DNA of 64,000 nucleotides from Scyliorhinus canicula. Lineage: Eukaryota. A program made the translations under genes and the position numbers. Every line of letters starts with the position of its first letter. Positions within the stretch are counted from its first letter, which is position 1. The DNA lies in the NCBI RefSeq assembly GCF_902713615.1, contig NC_052146.1, forward strand, positions 295,252,000-295,315,999, written 5' to 3'. Shown piece after piece: positions 37,597 to 49,980 of this stretch. The notes below the pieces were generated by a model. The model did no database searches, had not been told where the DNA came from, and was given only the letters and a program-made list of their open reading frames with translations.

Positions 37597-39408
37597 AGAG
37601 AAACTAAAGAAGACTTTGTGTCGGTCTTCAAGAAGGCGGACACAAAAAAACCTTCCTGAAATACAAAACCGAGGAATTAGAGAGATTGAGGACCTGAAAG
37701 CAATTAGTATCAGAAAAACAGTAGTACAGGAGAAATTGATGAGACTGAAAGTTGATAAGCTTCCTGGGGCTTGATCATCTACATCCCAGCGTGTTGAAGG
37801 AGATGGCTGTTGAGATAGTGGATACATTGGCGTCTATCTTTCAAAAATCCTATGGATTCTGGGACAATTCCTGCATATTAGAGGGTAGCAAATGTAAACT
37901 CACTTTTTAGGAAAGGAGGGATGGATGAAATAGGGTAACCACTGACTTGCTGGCCTGACATCAGTTGTAGGGAAAATGCTTGAATCTATTCCAAACGATG
38001 TGCTAACTGGGCACTTTAAAGAAATGGTAGAAATGGACAGTCAATGTGAATTTATGAAAGGTAAATCATGTTTGACCAACCTGTTATGAGTTTTCTGGGG
38101 ATATCATTGGTAAAATAGGTAAGGGAGAACCAGTGGATATAGTGTATTTGGATTTTCAGAAGGCTTTTGATAAAGTTGCACACAAGAGGTTAGTTAGCAA
38201 ACTTAGAGCACATGGGATGGGGTAATATATTGACTTGGATTGAGGATTGGTCAGAACAAATGGGTCATCCTCAGGTTGGCAGGCTGTGACTCATGGGACT
38301 GCAAGGATCAGTGCTTGTGCTCCAGCTATTTACAATCTATATCAATTATTTGAATGTGGGAACCAAATGTAATATTTCCAAGTTTACTGATAACGCAAAA
38401 TTAGTTGGGAGTTGTGAGGAGGATGTTAAGAGGCTTCAAGGGGATTTAGACAGGCTAACTCAGTGGGCATCCATCCCGAGTTGCCCTTGTGAAGGTGGTG
38501 GTTAACTGCCTTCTCAAACTGCTGCAGTCTGTATGGTGTAGGTACATCCACAGTGCTGTTAGAGAGGGAGTTCCAGGATTTTGACCCGGTGACAGTGAAG
38601 GAACGGTAATATATTTCCCAGTCAGGATGGTGAGTGATTTGTTCTTGTCCTTCTCGATGATGGGCTCCCAAACTGCGTTCTGCGGGACATCTATCAGTCT
38701 GTCTGGCCGGGAGGGGGGCTGTCCCGAGAAGAGCTGAGGCTGGGGGTCCCCCAAGAACGGCCGAGGGCTGAGGGGCCCTGAGAAGGGATGAGGCTGGGGT
38801 GGTCCGAGAAGAGCACAGACCCAACAGTAAGGCAAGTGTGGGTGAGGCTGGGTGAGAGTGTGTGAGTGGGTGCTCCCTTTAAAATTAACCAAAAAGATAA
38901 GACTTAGAAGTATTTGTTGAACAGCAGAACTTTTTTATTATATGTTTGTTTTTGTAAGTTTGTACCTATTGCACAGTAATAGTCATTTCTTGTCATTTAA
39001 TTCTTCAATATAATAAGGATGTTTGTTCAGTACTCTTGGGGGGTTCATTACCAACAAGTAGTAAAGTATATTGTGATATAATTTATCCCATTACCCTCTT
39101 CTAAAGACATTGGGGGTGAAATTCAACTTATAATAATTTTTATCAGTGTCACAAGTAGGCTTACATTAACACTGCAATGAAGTTACTGTGAAAATCGCCT
39201 AGTCGCCACATTCCGGCGCCTATTCGGGTACACTAAGGGACTTTTGGGACTTGTGGGAGGAAACCAGAGCACCCGGAGGAAACCCACGCAGACACGGAGA
39301 GAACGTGCAGACTCCACACAGACAGTGACCTAAGCGGGAATCAAATTTGGGACCCTGGCGCTGTGAAGCAACAGTGCTAACCACTGTGCTACCATGACTT
39401 CAGCAGGG

Positions 39409-39636
39409 TGATGCACGATCAATTGCATAACGAGGAGTGTTGAATACAACTGAGGCTTTATTACACTAAGATGTGTGGCCTCCTACAGCAGCTGGCAAAA
39501 TGGCTGCTGTACGAGGAGCACACATATTTATACTCCGCCTACTGGGCAGAGCCAGCAGGCAGGGACTACCCCCGTACCTGGAGTAGAGGGCCTTACCGTA
39601 CATACCCTAATATATACAGCAGTGGTTACTACCACA
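39409..39636 (-). mobile_element. Short solo LTR with 5-bp TSD (related to 23126-23386)
   Basis: TGATGCACG...TACCACA; TSD CAGGG (39404-39408 and 39637-39641); shares TTATACTCCGCC-TACTGGGC with the other copy. Confidence 0.8.
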
Positions 39637-41524
39637 CAGGGATGCAGAGAGGGGTGGTTATTGGAAAGGAAATGGGGTGGGGTGTATAATGGGCAGCCAA
39701 TCTGCTACCGCTTGTTTGTTGCCCAAAATTGGATTTTACCCCTTGAATCCGTTGCATCATTCTAAAGGGCACAAGTTACTTTCAGATACCAAACCAGCTG
39801 TTGTTCCTTTGAAATGTTTAAAAAAAAAAAATTTAGAATGCCCAATTCTTTTTTCCAATTAAGGGGCAATTTAGTGCGGCCAATCTACCTACCCTGCACA
39901 TCTTTGGGTTGTGGGGGTGAGACCCACGCAGACACGGGGAGAATGTGCAAACTCCACGGGATCGAACCCGGGTCCTTATCACCGTCAGGCAGCAGTGCTA
40001 ATCACTGCACCACCATGCCACCCTGAAATCTAAACAGTGAGTGTTGGCAAGCTAGTTTGCTGCAGAGGCATTATGACGAAATTCAGTTTTGCCTTCACCC
40101 AACTTCGAAAGACTTTGTGGCAGTGGTGACGGGACTGTTAAAAGGAGTGCGATCCACCACTGGATTTCCTTGTTTAAACCTGGGGTCATGAACACAACTG
40201 CCATTTAAACCTGATATTAGCCAACATTGCACAGCCTAGGAATTAAACAAGCAACTTTGGATCTGTAAGGCTCATTTACACAATACAATTAACAACTGAG
40301 CTACAAGCTGTAGCCACCCATCTTTTGCTGTCTGCTTGGCACCCTTCCAGGAAGCCACAAAATTGACCAGTAATTGTGGACAAAATAAATCACATTTTTC
40401 AATATATTACAGATCACACTCTGGAGATACAGGAGTATAAATTTATTTTAGGCAATTGTACCAAGACGGGGATAGCAATCGGCAAGCTGTTTTGCAATCT
40501 GCCTTATTATCTTTTCACTCGATTTATAACTTAGCATCTTAAAAATTAAAGGTAAAATTAAGTCAAAGAGAAGACTTTTTCACACAATGTGACAATGTGG
40601 AATGTATTGATCTGGACAACCTAAGTTTCAAAATCGATTTGAGGCTTTTAAAAGCGACACAGGTGCTTTCTGGGAAAGGGCATTGACGTTTACTATTGAG
40701 GGGCAGTGAATTGAGGTTAACAAATGATGAAATAAGTTTGTAGGCCTACTTCTGTTTCAAAGCAGTTACATTCCATTGTTCTGATGATGTTGACAAAATG
40801 TTTTTCCTTCAAGATTTCCAGACTATTAATCTAGAGGCAGGCCAATCAGTCCATCAGAACCTGGTGTTATATCTATTCAATGACTTGTATTTTTATAGTG
40901 CTTATAATGTAGTAAAACATCCCAAGGCACTTCACAGGAGAGTTAGCAAACAAAGTGAGACACTCAGTCAAATAGAGAGATATTAGGCCTATAAGCATGG
41001 GTTTCCTCCGGGCGCTCCGGTTTCCTCCCACAGTCCAAAGATGTGCAGTTGACGTGGATTGGCCACGCTAAATTGCCCTTAGTGTCCAAAAAGGTCAGGT
41101 GGGGTTACTGGGTTACAGGGATAGGGTGGAGGTGTGGGCTTAGGTAGGATGCTGTTTCCAAGGGCCCGTGTAGATTCGATGGGCCAAATGGCCTCCTTCT
41201 GCACTGTAAATTCTATGAAGCTTGGTTAAAGAGGCGGTGTCTTAAAGGAGGAAAGGGAGCCAGAGAAGTGATGAACTTTAGGAAGGGAATAACATGCTTA
41301 AAGCCTTGGCAATTGAAGCCTGCCGATGATGGATCTCAAGAAGCAAAATCAGAGGGGCACAGATATTTTGAAGAGTTGTCGCACTGAAGGAAATTGCTGA
41401 GGATGAAACCTGGGAAGGGGTTTGAAAACAAGGATAAGAAATTAGCAAATGATGTGTTGCTAATACAGTTCAGCAGCCACAGTAGTGATGGGTGAACTTG
41501 GTGAGAGTTAGCACGAGTAAAGCT

Positions 41525-42416
41525 TATAGCCATCTGGGATGGCCACTTACAACTAGAAACAGAGAAACTCGCAAAGCCTAGCGGGTAAAATGGACAAAGC
41601 GAGATTCAGGCAGGCTCAGGGCCTGAAATGTATATTTGCAAGCAAGGGGTCCAGACGGTATCGAAACTCCAACCAATTAGCATTTTGATTGGCTGATTAG
41701 CATTTGATGGCCCATCTTCACCGAGACAAAGGACTGGTACTCGAGTGACCGGTACAGTCCCAGACATTTTGGCGCCACTCCCTGTTCAAGGGAAATGTAA
41801 ACAATGGGGTCAGTGACCGCTTGGGACATGCCCAGCCATTCAGGCCCCCATCCATTTATTGGCTAGGAATCGAACAGAGTGATTAAAAAGATCACCTAAT
41901 TAGTGGGGTCCAAACTGAAGGACCGCTCGAAAGAGCGCGAAAACCCAGAAGTATAAGAAGAGAGTCCGCCATATGTTCGTCCTCTTTTGGACCGGTGCCC
42001 CGGCCACATCCATCTCCAATCGCAGCAACTCCAGAAGCAAGTCCAAGTTCAACGCTCGCTACCAGACGGATGAGCCTAGCTGATCAGCAGTTACTTCTCC
42101 AGACTCGATAGATCCAGAATCGAACAATGGCCACTGTTCCACTGGTGCTTGGAGTTAAGTACAGGTGGTCTTAGTCGATAGGTGTAGTTAACTAGTAGTG
42201 TTTATGTTGCATGACTAATTGTGTGTAAATAAAGTACCTTGACCTTGAACTAACAAACTGGTGTTTGGCTCTTTGATTGATAGCCGGTTGAACCTTGTGG
42301 TGGTGTCATTTAATACCTGGCGACTCTGAGCATTAGAACATAGATATCAAAAGAAAGGAGGGCAAACTCACTGATTGTCATAATTACAGCAGAGCCACAG
42401 AAAAAGAAAGGCAACA
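41525..42416 (+). mobile_element. ~890-bp solo LTR (ERV- or Gypsy-like) with 4-bp TSD
   Basis: TSD AGCT (41521-41524 and 42417-42420); ends TA(from TG)...AACA; internal TATAAG (~41952) and AATAAA (~42228); interrupts a LINE remnant. Confidence 0.7.
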
Positions 42417-43317
42417 AGCTTTAGATGACCTCAGGTTTATGGAGAGTAAACTTCCCATTTGCTTGAATGTTCCTCTTTTTCAAACAATTAATTGCTTTTC
42501 AAGACTTTATAGGTACTGCTTCAACACTGGTACATGACAGCATCTTTCAAATTCTAACTACACTATGTGAAGATTTTTAATTGCAACCTCTTTTATCTGA
42601 TGTAACTATTAGCATACTTTGCACCATTGTTGTGTTCTATTATATATAATTCCTTTCATCATGAAAGAGTGCATTGTCCAACTGTGATGCTGCATAAAAA
42701 TCCCTTGTACATGAAACTAAAGCTTTCCCTTTTGCTTGGGTGTGTAGGATTTCTAAAATAAAATGGCCAGCACAATTCAAAAGTGGCTGGGCATCAAACC
42801 TCAAAAGTTTCAGCAATACAAAATTATTGAAGATTGGCTCAATTTACTGTGGAGAGTCTCTGTGTGGATCACTTCTCGGTCTTTTGCTTAAGATCAAGGG
42901 TGAGATCAGATGTAATACCTATTCTTGGCAGCTTGGATCTGGTATGTCCCTTATTTGGGGACCATGAATTGAACTGTTTTTTGGAGCAAGCAAGGAGAGG
43001 TATTAGGGACGTGCCCCATCCACTCAGTGCATTGACTTAGCAACTCTGAGAAAGAAAGAAAATTAAGGCTGTGGTTATGATTTAGGATCAAAAGAGATTT
43101 GGGATATTTTTGAACCTGTTCTTATTATTACAGAATTGTGCTGACTTACTTTTCATAGACTGTAATATAGATCACTCCAGAGACTTGAGCATGTAATCCA
43201 GGCTGGAATTCAGTTCAGTACTGAAGGAATGCTGCACTGCAGAAGATGATGTTTCAGATGAGAAATCAAACCAAGGTCCCATCTCTCAGGTGGAGGTAAA
43301 TCATGTCATGAGATTAT

Positions 43318-44764
43318 ATGGCCACCTCAATTTCTCTGCCCTTTTCAGCCACTCTGATTTGTCTCCCTCGGAACTTGCTGAACTCCATTCTCCAACTCTG
43401 ACCTTGTGATCAAACTTGCTGACAAGGATGGTGCCATTGTTGTCTGGTGTACTGGCCTCTGTCTCTCAGAGGCTGAGTGCCAACTCTCAGACACTTGCTC
43501 CTACCTCCCCCTGGACCATGATCCCATCGCTGAAAATCAAGCCATTGTTTCCAGGATGGTCACTGACCTCATCGCCTCTGGTGATCTTCACAGCCTCCAA
43601 ACTCAGAGTCCTCCAACCCCACTCCTACCTCCTTCTCAAAATCCACAAACAGGGCTGCCCTGGTAGGCCCATCATATCAGCCTGTTCCTGCCCCACAGAA
43701 CTCATTTCTTCCTCTCTTGACTCCATCCTCTCCCCTTCTCCAGTCTCTTCCCGACTACATTCATAATTTATCTGATGCCCGACATATCAGCAATTCCCAG
43801 TTACCTGGTCCTAACGTCTTCCTCTTCACAATGGATGTCCAAGTCCCTCTACGCCTCCATCCCCCACCAGGATGATCTGAGGGTTCTCTGTTTCTTCCCC
43901 AAGCCCCGAACAATCATCGTCCACCACCACTCTCCTCCACCTGGCTGAACTTGTTCCGTCACAAAATATTTTCTCTTTTTCCGTTACATCGATGGTTGTA
44001 TCAGTGCCGGTTCATGCTCCCGTCTGAACCTGGAGAGATTAATCAATTTTGCTTCCGATTTCCACCCTTCTCTCACCTTCACATGGTCTGTCTCTGGCAT
44101 TTCACATCCATTTCTTCACCTCTCTGTCTCCATTTCCAGTGACACACTGACCAATATTTATTATGAACCTATCAACTCCTGCAGCTACCTCAACTACAGC
44201 TGCTCACACCCCGCTCCCTGTAAAGACTCCATCCCATTATCCCAATTTCTCCGCCTCTGTTCTGATGATGTCACCTTCGAACATGTGCTTCCAACATGTC
44301 TGTTTTTTTCCTTAACCGAGGTTTCCCCCACCGCTGGTTAACAAGACCCTCAACTGGGTACAATCCATTTCCCACATCTTTGCCCTCATCCCTTCCTCTC
44401 CCTCCCTGAACTTCGATCGGGTCCACCTTGTCCTCACTTTCCACCCCGCCAGCCTCTGCATTCAAAAGATCATCCTCCCCATTTTCACCAGGATGCTGCC
44501 ATGAAACATATCTTCCCCTCATCAGCATTCCACAGGGACAGCTCCCTTCGTGACAGCCTGGTTCTCCCCTCCATCACAACAACTTTTGTTGCAATCTGTT
44601 ACACCTCAAACAGATTCTCCCTCCCTTAAGTTCTGACGAAGAGTCAGAGGACTTGAGACATTAACTCTTTCTCTCCTAATATCTGCTGCCAGACTAGTTG
44701 AGTCTTTCCAGGATCCCTGTTCTTGTTTCAGATTCCAGCGCCCGCAGTATTTTGCTTATTTTAT
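43318..44764 (+). mobile_element. Penelope-like element (RT remnant plus terminal repeat) inserted into a Deu-domain-type SINE
   Basis: IKLADKDGAIVVW, LLKIHKQGCPGRPIISAC, TMDVxSLY. TSD TCATGAGATTAT (43306-43317 and 44765-44776). Degenerate hammerhead CTGACGA-AGAGTC...GACTT-GAGA at about 44633. Confidence 0.8.
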
Positions 44765-44863
44765 TCATGAGATTATTCTCCTTGGTGTCCTGGTCAATAT
44801 TTATCTCTCAAAACAACTTCAATCATTAAGTAGTCGTTATTTTGTTGCAACTTGTGGAATGTT

Positions 44864-45472
44864 CCCACGTCGACGCTATCACCAAGAAAGCACAACAGCG
44901 CCTGTACTTCCTCAGGAAACTAAGGAAATTCGGCATGTCCACATGAACCCTGACCAACTTTTACAGATGCACGATAGAAAACATCCTATCTGGCTGCATC
45001 ACAGCCTGGTATGGCAAGTGCTCGGACCAGGACCGCAAGAAACTTCAGAGAGTCGTGAACACCGCCCAGTCCATCACACGAACCTGCCTCCCATCCATTG
45101 ACTCCATCTACACCTCCCGCTGCCTGGGGAAAGCGGGCAGCATAATCAAAGATCCCTCCCACCCGGCTTACAACTTCTTCCATCGGGCAGGAGATACAGA
45201 AGTCTGAGAACACGCACAGACTCAAAAACAGCTTCTTCCCCACTGTCACCAGACTTCTAAATTACCCTCTTATGGACTGACCTTATTAACACTGCACCCT
45301 GTATGCTTCATCCGATGCCAGTGCTTATCTAGTTACATTATGTTGTGTTGCCCTATTATGTATTTTCTTTTATTCCCCTTTCTTCCCATGTACCCAATGA
45401 TCTGTTCAGCTGCTCGCAGAAAAATACTTTTCACTGTACCTGGGTACAGGTGACAATAAACAAATCCAATCC
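44864..45472 (+). mobile_element. 5'-truncated Rex1/Babar LINE 3' end
   Basis: KKAQQRLYFLRKLRKF...FYRCTIENILSGCITAWYG; tail GTGACAATAAACAAATCCAATCCAAT. Confidence 0.8.
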
Positions 45473-45776
45473 AATGTTCTTCTTACATTACAGCAATAGC
45501 TACAAGTACATTATTAACTGTAAGAGGTTCGGGGAAATACTCTATTAATATGCAAGTTCTAATCGTTAGACCAATTTTCCTTCACTCAGTAAGGACAGAA
45601 TCCCGGTGTGAGAATTCAAATATTGTAAAAATGCCATTTTTTAAATGTTGGATGCACTTTAGCAACGCCAACACGGCTGATCCTAGATACAGACCGGCTT
45701 GGTCCCGTGTCAGAGTTTACATCCCGTTTCCCAGCTGAACAGGGAGAATGCCATGCCAAAGAGTTTCTCTGCTGAC

Positions 45777-45855
45777 CTGCACTTCCTCTCTTCAACACAA
45801 TGATATGAGATTCCGTCTTCAGGTGGGCACTGTCTTTCCTGCCCCTGGTCACCAT
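45777..45855 (-). CDS. synj2bp: SYNJ2BP-like PDZ protein, coding exon 1
   Basis: AACATGG start context; MVTRGRKDSAHLKTESHIIVLKRGSA-G|gtcagc; phase 1 matches exon 2. IVLKRG is the PDZ betaA strand (human EINLTRGPSG). CpG-enriched surroundings. Confidence 0.72.
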
Positions 45856-48444
45856 GTTGCTGGTCCCACCCAGCCCCACTGGTGTTGTCACCGTTACTGA
45901 GTCACACCCACACATTTATTGCGGCTCTTCTCTGACGCACTCATCGCCATAGCAGCTTTTCTGCCCGACTCAAAATGACGGCGAGACAATACAACAAAAA
46001 TCACCTCTCGGTGCTCTGATGCTTTTCTTCCACTTGGTCCGTACATAATCACAAATGAGAAACTGATCCGAGTTTGACTTATTGTAACTGTGCGAATTAG
46101 CCTTAAAAGAGGGATAAACTGCAAGTGGGAGAGTTCAAAAAGAATACCGAAAAAGTATTCGGTAAAATCGTTTATTGCCTCAGTTTAATTTAAAAAAAAC
46201 TAGGTTTATAAATGTGTGGTGTGTACATAGGGCAATCGTGAGATTCGAACTTTTCTGGTGGGGTTGGAGAGAAAGCTGCACATTCATGTTAATCAACAAA
46301 TACAGATATCTCTAACTTGTGGACTGCTTGCGATTCATCAGTGTTCATTTGTTGGGCGGTTAAGCTGAAAGTCTACATTTAAAAAAACCTGCATTTATAT
46401 AGTACCATTCACCATCTTAATGTATCGCAAAGTGATTTACAATCAATGAATTACTCCTGGGTATGCAGTCACGGTTGCAATAAAATAAATGACTTATTAG
46501 TTTCAGCTGTAAGGCACACTGACTTAAAATGTTACCTGGTCATCTCACCACCTGCTGAGTTTTTCCAATATTTTGTTTTTATTTCAGACTTTTGGGCAGC
46601 ACGGTAGCACCAGTGGCTAGCACTGTGGCTTCACAGCGCCAGGGTCCCAGGTTCGATTCCCTGCTGGGTCACTGCCTGTGCAGTGTCTGCACATTCTCCC
46701 CGTGTCTGAGTGGGTTTTCTCCGAGTGCTCTGGTTTCCTCCCACAGTCCAAAGATGTGCAGGTTAGGTAGATTGGCCATGCTAAATTGCCCTTAGTGTCC
46801 AAAAAGGTTAGGAGGGGTTATTGGGTTATGGGGATAGTGTGAAAGTGAGGGCTTAAGGGGTCGGTGCAGACTCGAAGGGCCAAATGGCCTCCTTCTGCAC
46901 TGTATGTTCTATGTACTTCCAGCAACCATGGTATTTTGCTTTTATTATATTGTTTTAGTTGTTAGTTGAGACATAAATATTGATCAGTTCACTGGGAGAG
47001 TTCTTTTGCTTTTCCTCAAATAGTACAGTGGAATCTTCCAAGACAAGGCCTCAGTATAGCCTGTGGAATTCCCTGCCCAGTGAAGAAGTTGAGGCTACCT
47101 CGTTAAATGTTTTTATGGTAAAAGTAAATAGATTTTTGAACAGCAAAGGAATAAAAGGATAGGATCAGCGGGCGGGTAAGTGGAGCTGAATCCACAAAAA
47201 GATCAGCCATGATCTTATTGAATGGCAGAGCAGGCTCGAGGGGCAGATGGCCTACTCCTGTTTCTAGTTTTTATGTTCTTATAAAGGATAGCACCTTTGA
47301 CAGTGCAGCACTCTCTCGTCCATCACTAGAGTGTCAGCCGAGTTTACATGTACAACTCTGGAATAGGGGTTCAGCCCATAAAACGTATGCTGTTGAGTCA
47401 GAGGATTATGTAAGTTTCCTTTAAATGAATGTATTGTAATCGTTATTTATGTGTGGTTTCCTCTACACTGGGAGACAAAAGGCAGATTAGACATGCACCT
47501 GCAAAACACTTCCTTCTGTACTAGTTAACCTGTACATAGACATAGAACATACAGTGCAGATGGAGGCCATTCGGCCCATCGAGGCTGCACCAACCCACTT
47601 AAGCCCTCACTTCGACCCTATCCCCCGAACCCAATAATCCCTCCACACCTTTTTTGGACACCAAGGGTAATTTAGCACAGCCAATCCACCTAAACTGCAC
47701 ATCTTTGGACTGTGGGAAGAAACCAGAGAACCGGGAGGAAACCCACACTGATATGGGGAGAACGTGCAGACTCTGCACAGACAGTGATCCAGCAGGCAAT
47801 CGAACCTGGGATGCTGGCTCTGTGAAGCCACAGTGCTAACCACTGTGCTACCGTCACTGCAGTTTGACTTGCAGACCTGTTTTAATGAACAAAGTTAAGA
47901 CAGTTGACTATCTTCTTCAGATAACCTGAGGCTTTTGGACCAATTGTACTCAGGAGGTATATTTCCTTTCTTGACTCACCTCCATGTTAAATCTTAAAAT
48001 TGAGGGGTGGACAGCGTGCAGTTCACAAACTTTAAAATTATCCAGAGGCTTCAGAATTAAATTTTATTTAAATGCGTTGTGATACTCCCTGCTGGTCCAC
48101 AAGGCTAAAAAATAATCCTTGCACTTCAATTAATCTCTTATTAAAAGTAAAGCACAGGCATTAATTCAGCAACCCATTTAAAAGCCTATCAAATGTCATG
48201 CCGACCATGTGAAGATGGAGATGGACAAAACCACATTTTTACAAGAGCGTCAGTTCTCAGCTGTGGGCACGGATGAAACAAAATCCCTGTATACACCACT
48301 GATCTCATGGTGAATTCACGTTGAGCGCAATAAACTATGGGAGGTCTGTAAAATGCTTTACCTGGAAACTACGAAAAACAAGCTTTATTTTTTTAAAAAT
48401 TTGTTCATGGAACGAGGGTGTCGTAGGCTGTGCCAGCATTTATT

Positions 48445-49018
48445 TATTTATTTTTTGAAATGATTTTTTTTTCTTCTGACAATATTTATTTATAAATGAC
48501 AGAATCTCCAACTAAACCCAAATGTGACTTCTTTACACAAAAGAAAGATTTTCAGAATCTGACTCACTCGCACACACACAAACACACAGACATGATTCTC
48601 TTCACAGTTTCTTTACTCCCGATAACTTTCCCAGCTTCTTCTCGTGTCCTCGGTTTGCTCCGGCCACTCCACGGCCCCGCCCACCAAACACACCTCTGCC
48701 AGCACCCCCACCAGCTCCTCGCCCTTTCTGTTGTTGCTGCTGCTTCTGTTGCTGGAGGCCACGACCTCTGCCCTTTGACACCACCTCTTCTTTCACCATA
48801 TCAATGTTTTCATCAGTGATGCGCAGATATTTAATGGTGCTGCCACGAATGTAACATTCCGGCATCTTCCAGAACTTGTCCCCATCCCTGGACGTACAAA
48901 TGACCTCTCGCAGGTTAATATTCATCCAGTTGTCACAGCTGACCAGGTGACCATTGTAGGTTTCTCCATTCTTCAACTCCACAAGCATCGGATGATTTTG
49001 CGCCGTCCGGGCTGGAGA
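48445..49018 (-). pseudogene. lsm4: Processed LSM4 retrocopy (5'-truncated, open frame; ORF 49042-48602)
   Basis: Intronless [46 protein letters not shown]...RG-rich tail. 3' UTR with AATAAA and A-rich tail. 18-bp TSD GCTGTGCCAGCATTTATT (48427-48444 and 49019-49036). Confidence 0.92.
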
Positions 49019-49980
49019 GCTGTGCCAGCATTTATTGCTCATCCCTAATTGCTCTTGAAGGGGCAGTTAAGAGTCAACCACATTGCTGTGGGTGTTGAAT
49101 TACATATAGGACACACCAAGTAAGGATGGCAGACTTCATTCCCTAAAGAACATTAGTGATCCAGGTGGGTTTTTACAACAATTGACAATGGTTTCATGGT
49201 CATCACTAGATTTTTAATTCCAGATTTTTTTTATTGAATTCAAATTTCACCATTTGCAATGATGGGATTTGAAGCGTGTGGTGAACTTTGGGTCTCTGGA
49301 CTAGTAGTCCAGTGACAATACCACGACACCACCGCCTTCCCTTAATGTAATGAACATTGCTGGAGTGTGATATTCTCGCTTCAGTGATTGGTGTACAAGG
49401 GCACATTTGTACATTAACATATCAAATCTATCACCATTTAAATAATACTCTGCCACTCTGCTTTTCCTACCAAAGTGAATAACTGCACATTTATCGATGT
49501 TATACTGCATCTGCCATGTAATAGCCCACTCACTCAACTTGTCTAAATTGCCCGCAGGTCTCTAACATCTGCCTCAATACTCACATTCCCACCAAGTTTT
49601 GTGTTGTCAGCAAACTTGGAAATGTTACTATAAAAAAGCAAAATACTGCAATGCTGAAAATCTAAAATAAAATAGAAAATGCTGGATAAACTCTGGTCTG
49701 GCAGCATCGGTGAAGAGAGAGACACAGTTAATGTTTTGAGTCTGTGTGAATCTTCTTCAGAAATGAAGAGAGATAGAAATGTAATGAATTTATATAGCTG
49801 GAGATGGGGTGGAGGAATATGAGAAATAGGAGCCTGAGTGGACCATGCAGCCTGTTGGGCTTGCCTCGCCTTCAATATGATCAACCATGGCTGATTTCCA
49901 ACTTCAACACCACTTTCCTGCTGGCTCCCAAATTCCTTGATTCCGAGGAACCAAAATTCTATCTTTGCCTTAAATATGTT

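Larger units (their letters stand above)
27820..38470 (+). mobile_element. CR1 LINE ORF2 remnant split by the Gypsy element (pieces 27820-28500 and 37601-38470)
   Basis: The frame EFIM.NK.MAE / KL...FVSVF joins across the insertion. Downstream motifs: KAFDKVAH, QGSVL, ISKFTDNAKL. Confidence 0.8.

Noticed and set aside
48602-49042. The functional LSM4 gene itself
   Set aside because: It is intronless, lacks the native N-terminus, has a TSD and A-rich tail, and sits inside a SINE.
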